From the NCBI GenBank assembly GCA_008690995.1, contig VRMN01000001.1, forward strand, positions 3,100,001 to 3,164,000: a DNA stretch of 64,000 nt, in the 5' to 3' direction. Shown here piece by piece: positions 20,419-30,125 of the stretch (position 1 is the first letter of the stretch; the number at the start of each line of letters is the position of its first letter). The position numbers and the translations under genes are program-made. A model generated the notes under the pieces. The model was not told where the DNA came from, made no database searches, and worked only from the letters and a program-made list of their open reading frames with translations. This stretch comes from Porphyridium purpureum. Lineage: Eukaryota.

Positions 20419-22938
20419 TTAAGACGTATGCCGGCTCGAATGAACTGCCGATTGGTGGCTGGTGTCGGCTTGAAAGGCGTTCAACTCTTTAAGAATCGCT
20501 TGCTCCAAGTACGGAGCCACTGCGATGGCACCTGCAAGCGAAAGGTGGTGACTGTCTCCTCCGAAAACCGGCTGATCTCCAAACACTCGAAGCGCAAACT
20601 CGTCACCGGCATCTGCAAAAGCCCGAGTGACGTTATGCGACACGCGGAAAGCAGGTAGCAAGTCGATAACAAACACACCGAGGTTGGAGTTGAGTAGCAA
20701 ATCACGCTTTGCGGCACTATCCCTGTAGAGATTCTCCTCCATACGGAACGAGTATGGGCCCCGATGGGCACCGTGATTCTTCATGCGCTGATATATTCTT
20801 TCAGGAGCCTCTGGAGGATTCATGATAACCACGACACGGTGCCCAAGGTCTTGAAGCCATCGAAACGTTTTCTCATGCGGTAGTCTGCAGAGGCCCTGGC
20901 GTGTGCACCACGCATCCATGTATTCGGTGAAGAAGATCACGCTTGGTTCCATCGCCGCAAGCCGTTTCTTCGTCCTCGTGAAAACCTCCTCGCACTTTGA
21001 TCCGCGAGGGTGCTGTTTGAAGAGCTCAGCACGACAACCACTCCATGCTATCATCATAAATGAAGTGTTCAAATGTATTCCAATGTTATGCAGTGCCGGT
21101 CGGAAGGCCAACATCATAGAATCACCGACAAAGACAGCTTTGCTACGGCTCCCGTGCTCAACGGCTCCCAGAGGGCAATCCTCATGGGAGCCGCGGGTTA
21201 TCCCATAACAGTATAGCGAATGTGCGCTTCGCACTGGAAGCTCGATCGGGTATGTCATGCAAGACCGCGCAATTGCATTAGACAGTGAGTCCTTGTGTTG
21301 TCCGGCAGCCGTCCGAATTGCACACGGTTGGGTCATGGAAACAAGATCCTCTTTTCCAGAACGCGCGATTCCAACCTCATTTGCCATTGCAACAATATCT
21401 GTCCCTGTTTCAGAATCCCATCGTGCCTTTGCTTTCAAATCAAACCGTGCTGCAATGACAAGCCCGACCGTCACCAATACGCTGCATACCATGGCAGAAA
21501 CGCGGGCTCTGCCCACCGCCAGACCCGACCGGCTCGGCAGTCGCAGCCTTTTCTCGATCATTTCGTATTGTAGTGTGCCCAAAATCAAAGAAACGGCACA
21601 CAAGCCGAGTCCCAGCAGAATAGGGGAAACACTTAAATCCCTTTCTCTGTGCATAAAGTTGTACGAGTCAAACACCGTTCGCAGAGGCCAGTGCACAAGG
21701 TACACCGAGTACGAAACCTTACCAACAAAGCGCAGCGCGGGATGGGATAGCACTCGGCTACAAAGCCAACTCTGAGGGGAAACGATGAGGACGGCGCCGC
21801 CAAGCACGCAAGGAAGCATTACGACAGCATTCCACTCTGCAAGCATGTTTTCATCTACAAACACGGCAGAGCATAACACCGCAGCCAAGCCAGTAGCAGA
21901 CAACAGCTCCACCAATATCCAACAAGACCATTGACTGATCCACGGGTACATATCAACTAGAATTGCACCCACGCAAAACTCCCACACACGGAATGGGGTC
22001 AGAAAGAACACCGCCGATGTGTGCCTGCCATACATCAGCTGGCTCGAAACAAGTGAGACCACACCAATGACCGCGATGCTGCTGGCGCGTCGAAAGCGTG
22101 TCACGTCTGGCGCGTTCGGAAAGGAAGGATCTTTTCTTCTCAAGTGAAGTGCCAAATAAGTAAGCACCATAAGCAGTGCCGGCCAGAAAATGTAGAACTG
22201 CTCCTCAACAGACAAAGACCATGTATGCAAGAGCGGCTTTGTTGCAGCGGATGCGTCCCAGTATCCGGCTTCGCTTAGAAATACAAAGTTTGACATCGAA
22301 AGCAGTGAGCCAATTGCCGAGTCGGCGTAGGCTTGCACCCACGTACGGGGCATCTGTGTGAGAGCCCACACCGCTGTCCAAGCAACTGTAAAAAGTGCGC
22401 TGGGATACAGTCGCCAAAACCTGCGTGTGTAAAAGATGCCCCACTCTGCACGTGCCGACGCTTCGGAGCCGGCTTTCTCTGGACACAACAGTGTTGCGTA
22501 CATATTTCTAGAAATTAAAAAGCCGGACAAAACGAAAAACAAGTCGACGCCGAGAAAGCCACCAGGCATTTGCAGATTGAAGTGGAATAGCAGAACGACG
22601 AGCAGAGCCACAGCTCGCAATCCATCCAGATGCTCAAGATAGGCGTTCGTTGGCTTGAGGTCTGCGCCGCTTTCAATATCACGGGGAACGAACTTGTATC
22701 CGTCTTCCATGTGGATCAGTTTGTCGGAAATATCCAGATCGACTTTGTGGTGGTCGTGTGTGTCGCTGGTGCTCGAGTCCTGATCTATTCCGGGCACCGA
22801 GGGTGCCGGCGAGCGGTGGGCCGGCGAACCCAGCATTTCAGAGGACACAGACGACCCAATCAGTCCATCTGACGCTTCATCCGATTCATACACGACGAGG
22901 AGCGCGCCGTGATACTGCGCCGTCCATCGATTTGCCAT
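20419..22938 (-). CDS. Acyltransferase-3 + SGNH domain O-acetyltransferase (OafA/OatA-like)
   Basis: LDGLRAVA, GGFLGVDLFFVLSGFLI, FYTRRFWRLYP, LLHTWSLSVEEQFY, SYSVYLVHWP; C-terminal GDS and DSHH SGNH catalytic motifs. Confidence 0.92.
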   Translation of the reverse strand: MANRWTAQYHGALLVVYESDEASDGLIGSSVSSEMLGSPAHRSPAPSVPGIDQDSSTSDTHDHHKVDLDISDKLIHMEDGYKFVPRDIESGADLKPTNAYLEHLDGLRAVALLVVLLFHFNLQMPGGFLGVDLFFVLSGFLISRNMYATLLCPEKAGSEASARAEWGIFYTRRFWRLYPSALFTVAWTAVWALTQMPRTWVQAYADSAIGSLLSMSNFVFLSEAGYWDASAATKPLLHTWSLSVEEQFYIFWPALLMVLTYLALHLRRKDPSFPNAPDVTRFRRASSIAVIGVVSLVSSQLMYGRHTSAVFFLTPFRVWEFCVGAILVDMYPWISQWSCWILVELLSATGLAAVLCSAVFVDENMLAEWNAVVMLPCVLGGAVLIVSPQSWLCSRVLSHPALRFVGKVSYSVYLVHWPLRTVFDSYNFMHRERDLSVSPILLGLGLCAVSLILGTLQYEMIEKRLRLPSRSGLAVGRARVSAMVCSVLVTVGLVIAARFDLKAKARWDSETGTDIVAMANEVGIARSGKEDLVSMTQPCAIRTAAGQHKDSLSNAIARSCMTYPIELPVRSAHSLYCYGITRGSHEDCPLGAVEHGSRSKAVFVGDSMMLAFRPALHNIGIHLNTSFMMIAWSGCRAELFKQHPRGSKCEEVFTRTKKRLAAMEPSVIFFTEYMDAWCTRQGLCRLPHEKTFRWLQDLGHRVVVIMNPPEAPERIYQRMKNHGAHRGPYSFRMEENLYRDSAAKRDLLLNSNLGVFVIDLLPAFRVSHNVTRAFADAGDEFALRVFGDQPVFGGDSHHLSLAGAIAVAPYLEQAILKELNAFQADTSHQSAVHSSRHTS

Positions 22939-23328
22939 GTTTCACGTACAACCACACGCACACAGACTGCGTTCCACGCGCGCAGTGTCGCCGCGACCGT
23001 GCTCGCGCGCGCCGTACGCGCCAGTCTGCGCAGCTGCCCCACATGACGACACATATATACACGCACAAGCGCACACAGTCGCATGCACCAGATGGTGCTT
23101 TCCATAACACCATGCGTCACATCCTCGGCTGACTTCTGCAGCGCGATTGCCATGCCACATACCGCCCAGTCGCTCACTAGTGCACAGGCAACTTGCCATT
23201 GCGATCCCGAAAATCACACGCACGCACCGTTTTCTCACCGGCCGAATGCGCCATTGAGCGGCTGCCGCAAGTACTCGCGCCCGGTGGCTGCGTTCTTACC
23301 AAAATGGAGCGGTCTCATCAAGAGTGGG

Positions 23329-23397
23329 GTACAGTAACAGAACACCCGCAACACCCAAAGGGATGGAGGTACAGTTTCGCACTGGAAGGTGTACAGT
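23329..23397. promoter_or_regulatory. Cluster of GTACAGT motifs in the acetyltransferase/methyltransferase divergent intergenic region
   Basis: Exact copies at 23329, 23369 and 23391. Confidence 0.55.
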
Positions 23398-23466
23398 GTC
23401 GGCAAGCTCGGTCGCTTGCGGTTGCCGGGGGAGGAAGCGTGTTGCGATGTGTCGAGGGTGAGCGTG

Positions 23467-25236
23467 ATGCAAGAACAGGAGCAGCAGCAGGAGCTGGAGC
23501 TGGAGCTGGAGCTGGAGCTGGAGCTGGAGCAGGAGCAGGATAGGAGTGAGCCGTTGGCGGTTTTTCCGCAGGATATGCCCGGCGTCGCCATGTGCGATGC
23601 CGCGCGCGCGATTCCGGAGGGGTGTTGCGCGCTCCTAGGTCTGGATTCTGCTCAGCGCGACCGAGCGTGCGCCGCGTTCCTGCGCCGCGCGCGGGAGTGC
23701 ATGGCGCGTCGCGACGTCAATTTTGCGCGCGCAAGCGTTCTGTCGGCGCTGGAATGCAGTCCGGATTGCGTTCCGGCACACGTGTTCCACGTCAGAGTGC
23801 TCGAAACGGCCGGGGAGCTGCAGTCTGCGCTGCAAGTGGCCGAGCAGCTGCATGCCGACTATATTCGCAGCAGTAGGAAGCAATTCGCCATTGATTCGCA
23901 GCTTCGAGCTGAAATACTTGGAGCCAGGTCACGTCTGCGCAGCTCCGTCACGAATGCGGCTCGCAGTCAAGATTTCACAACGTCCAACCACGCCGGAATA
24001 CCGTTGGTGCAGGTCGATTCGCACCAAAAGTACAGGCTGTGTCTGCTGGATGGCGGGATTCGACGGACGCTCTCCCTCGGTGTTCCCTTTGCCATTCGAA
24101 TGGCAATTCTCAACGAGTTTAATGTTTTTCAGCGATCCGACTTCAAATCCATCGCGTCGTGCTCGCACGAACTAGAGTGCGATTGCACGTTGCTGGTACG
24201 AGTCCATCTGGTCGACCATGACACAGGGCTTGATTCAGTACATCCCGTAGAACTGGTCACGGCTACAGGAGAACCACACGTGCGACTGGGTGCGAGCGGC
24301 AGAGGCTCGGTGACATGCATGCTGGCGCAGCGGCGTGGCTTGACTGAAGCCTCGAACAGCAGTAGCCGGTTTGCTGGCGAGTCCTGCGCCTGGAGAATCG
24401 AGTGCGAACCGGACCAGTGTCACGCCGTAACGGCATCAGGAGACGACGAGGCGTCTCGAAAATCTAGTCTCACTACGTGTCGGTCTGTAATCTCCGTGAG
24501 CACCCTCCCTTTTGAGCTGACCTTCACGGCTCATAGTGCGACGGACAATGCTATTAAGTGGCTAGCTGACTGCGGCGGCTACTGCAGAAAAGTAACTCTA
24601 CCGCCAGCGACATGCGTGGAGAACGGTGACGCCACGATGGCGCCCGCGGAGCTCCTGATTGCCGAGGCTCCCGCCGAGCTCGGCATAGGGGGCAAGGTTT
24701 GGGACTCTGCATTCAGCATGATCCGGTTCGTTGCGCAGCGTAGAGAATGGTTCCAAGGTCGGCGCTGCGTCGAACTTGGCGCCGGTACTGGACTCGTTTC
24801 GCTGGCGACGGCGCGCTTGGCCTCACCGCAGCTGATGGTTGTGACGGACCTTGCCGAAGTTCTGCCGTTGCTGCGCGCCAATGTGACATTGAACCAATGG
24901 ACCGCGCATTGCGCAGCCCCCCAAGTGCGTGAACTGTGCTGGGGCACTCCGCTGGACGAGGAAATATCGGCAGATGTTATCCTCTGCTCGGACGTCGTGT
25001 ACGACCCAGAATTGTACCACCCACTCGTAGAAACTTTGTCAGAGCTTTTCATACGTGGTCCTGACCATGCGTGCTGCTACATGGCGTACCGGCAACGCCA
25101 CCCACAGAGCGCCGACTTTTGGACAAGGTTGACTGCGGCCGGATTTACCGTGGACACCCTTTCCTCATTCGAGGCGGATGGCGTGCGCATTCTTCGAATC
25201 GTCAAGGCAGCGGTGAATGGCTGTCTAGGATCGTAG
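23467..25236 (+). CDS. METTL21-like lysine methyltransferase (Methyltransf_16) with N-terminal TPR-like region
   Basis: GIGGKVWDSA, CVELGAGTGLVS, VVTDLAEVLPLLRAN, LCWG, DVILCSDVVY motifs; helical TPR-like N-terminus. Confidence 0.85.
   Translation: MQEQEQQQELELELELELELEQEQDRSEPLAVFPQDMPGVAMCDAARAIPEGCCALLGLDSAQRDRACAAFLRRARECMARRDVNFARASVLSALECSPDCVPAHVFHVRVLETAGELQSALQVAEQLHADYIRSSRKQFAIDSQLRAEILGARSRLRSSVTNAARSQDFTTSNHAGIPLVQVDSHQKYRLCLLDGGIRRTLSLGVPFAIRMAILNEFNVFQRSDFKSIASCSHELECDCTLLVRVHLVDHDTGLDSVHPVELVTATGEPHVRLGASGRGSVTCMLAQRRGLTEASNSSSRFAGESCAWRIECEPDQCHAVTASGDDEASRKSSLTTCRSVISVSTLPFELTFTAHSATDNAIKWLADCGGYCRKVTLPPATCVENGDATMAPAELLIAEAPAELGIGGKVWDSAFSMIRFVAQRREWFQGRRCVELGAGTGLVSLATARLASPQLMVVTDLAEVLPLLRANVTLNQWTAHCAAPQVRELCWGTPLDEEISADVILCSDVVYDPELYHPLVETLSELFIRGPDHACCYMAYRQRHPQSADFWTRLTAAGFTVDTLSSFEADGVRILRIVKAAVNGCLGS
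23491..23526. repeat. (GAGCTG)6 microsatellite encoding (EL)n
   Basis: Perfect hexamer repeat. Confidence 0.9.
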
Positions 25237-25742
25237 CCGGCCGAGACAGCGCCCGTATGACACCACATCAATCCGCGAATCCATCAGTCAAGCAAAGTCA
25301 TCGGGTTCAAGGTGTTCTTCGCATTCCACTCGCCAAGGCACCCTCATCAACAGCAAAGCGACTGAACCCCTGTTGCACTTCTATTGACATCGCTGTCGCA
25401 AACGCACCCCCCAAAAAACCCAAAAATAAAATAAAACTGCACGGAAAATCCCGAAATCAAATTGAAAGCGGCCCGATTTTATTCGGCGGCTCTGTGCCAG
25501 CGACGCGCGACCGCCAAATTTGTGACGTGACTGCATTTGAATTTACTAAGAGGAAGCCCAGATCCATCGTCAATAAATTCGACAAGGCGATTTGCGCGCA
25601 GCGACAGGGCGCTTGTGCGCGAAACGTATATATGTGTTTATGAAGTTGACGCGAGAGACTGCGGAGTCACGTGAGCGGCGCGGGGTAAGGGAGAGCGAAG
25701 GGAGGAGAAGCGCAGAAAGAGTAAAAGTTTGACAAACAGACG

Positions 25743-26492
25743 ATGGAGAGCGTTGCTATTGAAGTGTTGGGAGGACTTTTGGGGCAGAAGCGCCAGTTTG
25801 TGGACGTGGCGAATGAAGATGATTCGTCGTCTATTCATGGTGGGCATGGCGAGGAGGACGTCAAGGGTACAACCCATGTCAATCCGTTTCGGTTGTGCAT
25901 TGTGGAAGAAATGAACGACGAGTACGCGGCGCCCCACTCACACCCGGCAAAGAAAATGAGGAACGTCGCACACGGGAACGCTCCACTCCCGCCGCACTCG
26001 TTCAGCTCGGAGCTGACGGTGTCGGAAGATGAGCACGCGGCGCACGGGCTTGACGGCCACGCGCAGGCGAAGTGGAGAAATTACGCCTCGCCCTGCGGCC
26101 AACAAGGATGCCTGTGCCGGCCTTGGAAGTGCCCTGAAAGGGACTGCGGCATGGCGTTCGCTCAGAAAAATACACTCAAGAAACACGTCGTGTGCGTGCA
26201 CCAGAAGAAAAAGGCGTTCAAGTGCGACAAATGTGACGCGTGTTTTGGGCAATCTGGAGACCTGAACGTTCACAACAGGACAGTGCACGATGAGGCGCGT
26301 CCGTATCTTTGCCCCGTGGGTGCGAGTGAAGGATGCGGTGCCACGTTTAAACTTCGCAGCCATATGTACAAACACATTCGCGTGGTCCACCAGAAACTCC
26401 GCCCGCACAAATGTGAACTTTGCTTGACAGCCTTTGCGGAGAAGAATGACCTGCGGCGGCACCAAAAGAATGTCCACAAGCAGCTCACCTAA
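25743..26492 (+). CDS. C2H2 zinc-finger transcription factor (4 fingers)
   Basis: Four CxxC/Cx4-7C...HxxxxH fingers in the C-terminal half. Confidence 0.92.
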   Translation: MESVAIEVLGGLLGQKRQFVDVANEDDSSSIHGGHGEEDVKGTTHVNPFRLCIVEEMNDEYAAPHSHPAKKMRNVAHGNAPLPPHSFSSELTVSEDEHAAHGLDGHAQAKWRNYASPCGQQGCLCRPWKCPERDCGMAFAQKNTLKKHVVCVHQKKKAFKCDKCDACFGQSGDLNVHNRTVHDEARPYLCPVGASEGCGATFKLRSHMYKHIRVVHQKLRPHKCELCLTAFAEKNDLRRHQKNVHKQLT

Positions 26493-26923
26493 ACACAGGC
26501 ACGATTCCTAATTGTACTAATAGAAAGTGAAAAGAATGAATTATTGATCCCTCTACTACACGCCTCAAAGGATGGAAAATTTGGTACTGATCCTGGAATC
26601 GACCTCCCCCATCCGTGCAGGCAGCTGCGGCTTCCTAAGACTTCGCGCTGTGCGACTTTCATATTTCTTAACAAGCATTGAGCTTGGGATGTCGGACTGG
26701 GGGCAAAATAGATGGGGACAACAATCTGCGGCATTATTGAAGTTGCCAACTGAGCACCAAGCCGGCTCCTCTGACATGCTGGCGAGCTTTTATCAAAACC
26801 CTCTGCGGACTATCCAGTTCATTCCAAGAAGTAAATGAATCAGCCGCGTAACCTTCGTCGAGATACCGGACCATGCTTGACCAGTAGGTTGTCCGTTATT
26901 TCTCTTTTCATGAAGCATACATC

Positions 26924-26967
26924 TGCGACACTTGTGCGACACTTGTGCGACACTTGTGCGACACTTG
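26924..26967. repeat. Non-coding tandem repeat (TGCGACACTTG)x4
   Basis: Four perfect 11-bp units. Confidence 0.9.
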
Positions 26968-28697
26968 TCCAGCCAGTTATCTTTGCATTCTCGAGGATTC
27001 AATTCGTTGGCACTCTGCTAGCTCGCAAGCGAAGCACTATCTTTCGCAGCGGTCATCACGTTTCACCAACCTGAACGTTCAAAACTTTGGAGAATCATCG
27101 AGATCTGGCGAGGGGCGTTGAAGCGCTCGACGACGAAAGACTCAGTGGTGAAGGTTGCACTAGCACCAGCGTCCTGGCTGAAAGCACTGCTCCAAGAAGG
27201 AGCAAAAGCGCCAGAAAGTATCCCGCAGTTCAACGTGACCACGTGTATCTGACCTACATGCCCAGTTTGCAAGTCACAATGTCTGAAATCATGTTGGCGA
27301 GACTAAACGATCTGAGGTCATCCGCGAACAGCTTGAAAAATGGATCCTCTGCGCAAATCGTGAAGGACGTTGAGGGAGGTTGTGTCTCGACATCTGCAAA
27401 AGTCGCTTGCAGTTCCTTTCTCTTGCCAAAGTCAAGAGGCTCTTGTGCGGCGTGAAAGCACAGCATGCTCGTCATAGCCCATTGGGGTGTATTTTTACCC
27501 ACACCATGTGACCCCAGAGGCATGGCTCTTGGTCTTGTGCTCTTCGATCGTACCGCTTCAGGCCGAAGCACGCAATGAACGCCCGCTTCCGCGCTCTTTC
27601 GGGTGAGAGCGGTTCACGGACAACAAGTCACCCACGCATAAGCTATCAGAGTGCGGCCGTCTTGCAGTGTCGATGTTTGTAATTCATTGACGAGCCGACA
27701 AAGAGATTACCATTCGCTCAGTTTCCCTTGCATTGGGAAAATGTATCGTAGAGACGGATCAGCCTTTCACTTGAGCATACGTTTCGTCGGCGAATCTTCC
27801 GACTGGGAGCTCGAAAAAAAGTATGAAAAACAAAATAAGAAAAAGAAAAAAAGAGAGATTCAGTGGTTTCAACTCCTCTACCACAGAGAACCTGAAGCCA
27901 AGCTCGGTTTTAGAATCTCTTTCATCTTTTCGCTTTTCGCGCTTCTCTTTTCGGTTGTGGCCCCTCTTAATTAACGTGCGAAGGCGTCCGAGTCATTGAT
28001 TTTGAGCTGCAAGTACCTTAGCGCAATTCAAGAATCTCGAATTGCCCGCAGGCGTAGCAAGCACCGAACGGTTCTCGATACCACTGCTTGTCGTCCAACA
28101 ATGAAGCACAGTCTTCAATCGACGCTCGCCTGGACTTGGCGTCGTGCTCGCGTCCGAATTCCGAACGTCATCGTAGCGTCCAAGCACGGTCTTACAAGTG
28201 CATTCTGAATTTACCCCAACTTGGATGCACAGCTTTGATGCGGCTACCACGTGCTCGAAATGGGCCGCGTGATCAAGCGTACCAGAAAGCAATTTATCGA
28301 GTACCGTAGCGTGTAACAGCTCACCGAAACCCTCGCTCGCATTTACTTTCAGCAGCATGCGCCTCCTTTATGGGTGACGAGCTCGGCTTGTTTTGCTCAG
28401 TGCATGAGTATTGGAGCACCTGGAGGATGTGCACCAACGCGTAAAGGCCGTTCAAATTCTTACTTGAAGCTCAACTCTCTCTCTCTCTCAGATCGATCGC
28501 GTCGTCAGACATTGTGCCAAGAAAAACGCCCTGTCGAGCTTAGACGCACCTTGATGCAAACTTTCTTTCCAAGCTCGACAAAGCTGTGACTGCTGCTGAC
28601 TGGAGGGGATGCAAAAAGCCCTCCACTAACGCCATGCTCCAATGAGTGCTCACAAGCGAGTCGGACAGCCAACAAAACTTCAAGACGCAGCGCATTC

Positions 28698-29462
28698 TTA
28701 TCCACCAAAAACCTTGGCTACACGCGTTCCGCACACCGAGCAAGTATGAATATGATTGGATGTGCATGGGCAGCAACATGCAATGATACCCAAAGGAATG
28801 AAAAGACATATGAGCCAGTTCACAAGTGTACACGGATCCATCCGAACTCTTGTGGTTCTGACCTCACCACAAACCGGGCAGAAAGTAGAGCCCGGTCTCG
28901 AACCAAGGTGACCAGTCGGTACCTGGCCCTTTGCCGGTTTTGCCTGCTTCGGGGCCGGGGCCGGTGCCGGTGCCGGTGCCGGTGCCGGTGCCGGGGCCGG
29001 GGCCGGATTGGGCTTTGTCTGACTGGGTAGAACTGCTGGATCTGGATTCGATGGCGCTTGCTGTGAAGCTGGTGCCGCGCCTGCGTTCGGGTAACCTGCA
29101 GGAGGCGCCGGAGCTGGGCTTGGGTACTGCTGGCCGACGGGGCCCGGTGGCGCATACGGATTTGGAGCCGGCGGAGTATATGTTTGACCCGCGCTCGTTC
29201 CCAAGTCGTAGCCTCCCGGTGGTGGAGGCGGATACGACTGTGCCACGTTCTGACCCGACTCGTATCCTACCGGCCCCGGCGATGGGTAGGACGGGTAGGA
29301 TGGGTAGGACGGGTACACCGGCGACGGTCCCCCTCCATATGCGGCCGCGCCGGGAGCTTGCTGCGCTCTTCCATCCGAGCCGGAGAACGCCTTGTCAGCG
29401 GTCCAGATTTGGCTCTCGTTGGGCGCGGATGGCTCCCACCCGGACATCTTGACAGCTCTCAC
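28698..29462 (-). CDS. LITAF-like protein with long Pro/Tyr-rich N-terminus (copy 3)
   Basis: YPS and PA repeats, then FCPVCGE...hydrophobic segment...HTCSVCG; true ATG probably MSGWEP near 29447. Confidence 0.85.
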   Translation of the reverse strand: MRAVKMSGWEPSAPNESQIWTADKAFSGSDGRAQQAPGAAAYGGGPSPVYPSYPSYPSYPSPGPVGYESGQNVAQSYPPPPPGGYDLGTSAGQTYTPPAPNPYAPPGPVGQQYPSPAPAPPAGYPNAGAAPASQQAPSNPDPAVLPSQTKPNPAPAPAPAPAPAPAPAPAPKQAKPAKGQVPTGHLGSRPGSTFCPVCGEVRTTRVRMDPCTLVNWLICLFIPLGIIACCCPCTSNHIHTCSVCGTRVAKVFGG

Positions 29463-30125
29463 ACGTCACACGGTGCATATGCCACTCTCGAACCGCCGTC
29501 GGAAGCCCGCCGAATCGCTTCTTCCCCACAGACGCTTCTCTTCTTATTCCGGCGGCGGTGGCGGCGTATAAACGAGCGCCAACTACACGACGGTGCTATC
29601 CTTCCAATAACACCGCCGCAAGTCCACAAGAACAAACACGTCGACCGAGACCTACAAGTCCGTTGCTCGTGCCTCGGTGTCTAAAGAGGAGCGTTGGCCA
29701 CACGCTGTTCAGTAAGTGTACTACAGGTTCGAAACGAAACACGCTGCGCAAACACATAGGGAACGGTCCGGTGTGGGGAGTTCAAATGGAGCCGAAGGAG
29801 AGCGCAGCAGGTGCCAGACATACGCGGGAGGACCCGCGAGCATCTCGCACAGGCGCGCATGATACGCATGAGTTCCGGTTCCTAGCGTCCAGCCCCGGTT
29901 CGATGATCTGGAAAAGATACTTTATCTGCTCTGAGGCTTGAAAAGATCAGAGACAGGAGCACGGGGTCTACACGCATCATGACATGAAGATAACCACAAG
30001 TCAGCCTATGGCTTCCAGGAATGCCGGTCCGCGCTGTCTGAGACGAGTTGACGTGGCGCTCATTGCGCCAGAGAACAGCACCACACGTGAGGGCAAAAGT
30101 GTCGAGGAGACACGACCGGAATTCG

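Noticed and set aside
26924..26967. Possible CRISPR-like array
   Set aside because: Units are contiguous 11-mers with no spacers, there are no cas genes, and the context is eukaryotic.
29720..29910. GGTTCGA T-loop-like words suggesting tRNA
   Set aside because: No flanking T-stem or cloverleaf pairing found.
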